A DNA stretch of 64,000 bases from Phoronis australis (taxonomy: Eukaryota > Animalia > Phoronida): positions 90,197 to 154,196 of the forward strand of contig NMRA01000706.1 in assembly GCA_002633005.1 (NCBI GenBank), read 5' to 3'. The first letter of the stretch is position 1; every line of letters begins with the position of its first letter. A model generated the notes under the pieces. That model did no database searches. It was not told the origin of the DNA and worked only from the letters and a program-made list of their open reading frames with translations. Position numbers and translations under genes: made by a program. Of the stretch, positions 61,378-64,000 are shown piece by piece.

Positions 61378-64000
61378 GTACATGTAAGTACCCCCAGCCT
61401 CCTTTATCAATTTTGCACATGTCAATAAAGTATAAATATTCGATAATTATGAACGTGAACTTTTTCGGACCTTTTCGTAATGAACACAAACACATGCTAC
61501 TCAAGTTGGTTAATTTTCTTTTCACTTTGTACTTCGGCTGCGGAGAATGCGCGGCGGTGGTGGTACATTGTACTTCTTGTTTAAGTAGCATTTGTGGTTT
61601 ATGTTGAAATAGCGTTTGTTCATCAACTCGTACATACGATAATGTAACAAAAATGTTACTCATCTCCATGTTGTCTGTGAAAAATATTTTAAATGAAAAT
61701 TTATCAGTTGAATTTACAAATTATATGTTTAACTGCCTAAAACGTCAATTGGTGACAGAATTCTTGATAGTTGCTAACAAAAAATAGACATTACATGTAT
61801 GCAATAAATAATGTTTTCTAACTGGTAGATAATTAGCGTTATGTAGGAGCCTCGGAAATGTCCAAATTTGGCTTACTTCGGAACATTATATACCTGAAAT
61901 GGTTGTTCAGGTCCACGTTAACCTTTCAGATGCAATATGCTTCTTGCGCGGTTCGCTAAAACGCTGTTCAGAATTGTTTTGAAATGTTCAATTTTTGCGG
62001 GAAGAACTATAAAATATAGGTTATTTACAATTTTCACGAAAAGCAAAAGCGAACACGAAATGATAATTCTCAGGATTTCTGTTTTAAGAAAATATATACT
62101 TTTACTGAGTTAAAGTTTGTAGTGTTGTCATTTATAGTGTTGTACATGTACAACGTAGATATTTGGCTAATAGTCTACAAGGAGCTATATGTACATAAGC
62201 TTACGATAAAGTTTAGTCATAACGATGGGAAATACGTTTTACAGAAAATGACATTATGGTACGCATATTTTGATAGACCGGTGCTACGAAAATGCATTTT
62301 TTTTTAATTCGAGACTGTCACATATTCACCAAATTCCCAGTCACCATTGCCAAATTTAGATACGCGTGATTATGCAATTGCGAACAAAGTAGCCATGCAG
62401 TTTAGAGTCCTCTGACACTCGATTACAGTCCCCTCGATAGGATTTGACAAGCTGTCAAGGACTGGCAACCACAGCTACACAGCTACACGTAAATCTGCAT
62501 TACGCCCTATTTAGCTTGATAAAAAGGAATATTGGAGTAGGCCTTTTGCTCTCTGGTAAAATCGGTCTCCCAATACTTATTACCGTGATAGGATTCTATT
62601 TCCGTTGCCAAAAAGAACATCGAAATCGTTCAGCGGCTAAAAAAAAACGCTTCAAAGTTTAATGAGGTATGCCAACCTTAAAACTGCGAATTCGAAAACG
62701 CCGTATGTACGCATAGCTTGTGATTGCCTGTGACCTGAGTCATTCTCCAATAATTGAAAATTGAATGATCGTGATATCATGTTTTACCCTCAATGTACTT
62801 CAACTGAAATCAACAGCTCAACGAAATGCAGCTTTCATCAATTTTGCTGACGAGGACATAAATACATATGTTCAACAGACCAGCTCGGGTCACGGTCGAA
62901 ATTTACGAGAGAGCAATAGCCTGCTTAGGTTTCAATGCATGGCGATATCTCGTTCTAACTTCAGTGGTCTTGCCAACTCGCAAGAAACTAGCCCTACGGA
63001 AGCCCTTGACCTTTAACTCCTTACGCATCATCGTCGCCATTATGGTGGTCTATTATTACCATTATCAGCATTTGCGTCATCATGCAGTGTGCTAATTGAA
63101 ATTTTGCAGCTGAGGGCACGGAGTGCAACCCTCGCTATGAGCATGTAATCCTCAGTACCCTCCGCAAAACTGTTACCACACAACGCAAAATTTGTTCATG
63201 CACACAGAATCATTTTCACGCGCATTTTCAGGACAAAAATCATGCCGTGCGCGGTATATGTGAGCCTGTTATGGTTGTAGGCCTGCGTCATTTCCGTGGT
63301 AAGAGTTCTTTGTATGGAGAGTTCTTGCAGAGAGTGATCATAACTGTTTGAGAGTGGTAGGTCTTTGGCTTCCGCTCCCGTGTCAAGTGGCTTTTAGGTC
63401 TGCGGTGATGGTTCCATTCACGCTGTCTCAATCCGGCTTAAAACGGTAGAAACATTTTAGGAAAATACATGGGACTCCACGAGGTGTTAATGCAGATTAC
63501 GACTGGTAATCTCGTTAACAGGCTTATGTATTTTTAGTGTGAGCCTATCTGGGGTCTTAAATAGCGTAAGGATACCGTTGCTGAGAATCTTATCGTAGGG
63601 AATATTTTAGCACGAGAATCTTATGCAAGGCTTAAACTTTCATTCCGGAAAAGTTTACACCCGCGTCAAATTTTGACGATGAGGATAAGGCAGCGGCTCT
63701 CGGGTACATGTCGAAGGTCAGCTATACGATGAGATGAATACAATGCCAGCATCTCAAATGCAATGTATTTACCCACAACCTTGACAAAAACAAGGTCACG
63801 CGTACCCTCGAGCCACCGACTGATGCGTTACAAGACGTGGAACAAAGAGCGCTGCAAGTGAACACTCATATATACTCGATATAGTCGGGCAGCCTGAATC
63901 AGCAATTTTAGTTTTGATGGCAAAGTAGAGTTAGAAGCAAGCAACCGTGTCCACAATAATTACAGTGACCCTCCCTTGAGAAGGCTTGCCAATCTGAAGT

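Overview
Eukaryotic (invertebrate, probably lophotrochozoan or mollusc-like) genomic DNA, AT-rich, with two ~385-nt assembly gaps. Three spliced genes can be rebuilt by hand from splice sites and phase continuity. (1) A + strand tetraspanin (about 6227-14370) with an unusually long C-terminal tail. (2) A convergent - strand CAP/CRISP gene (27471 to 15916) with a CAP-EGF-like-ShKT-like-GPI-signal architecture; its signal-peptide exon was not found. (3) A - strand MS4A/CD20-like 4-TM gene (53065 to 45948). The rest is mostly transposon debris: two copies of an internally deleted Kolobok-type element (TTAA TSD, ~150-bp TIRs, convergent THAP and Cys-rich KolX/P2X7-ballast-like ORFs), an Academ-like 2.3-kb foldback, Harbinger and Tc1/mariner-like MITEs, RTE and other LINE fragments, and mini/microsatellites. 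The most notable observation is a strong excess of TACATGTA. Comparisons between repeat copies show TA in one copy and TACATGTA in another, which fits Tc1/mariner excision footprints. All coordinates were read by eye, and family assignments rest on motif recognition, not database searches.
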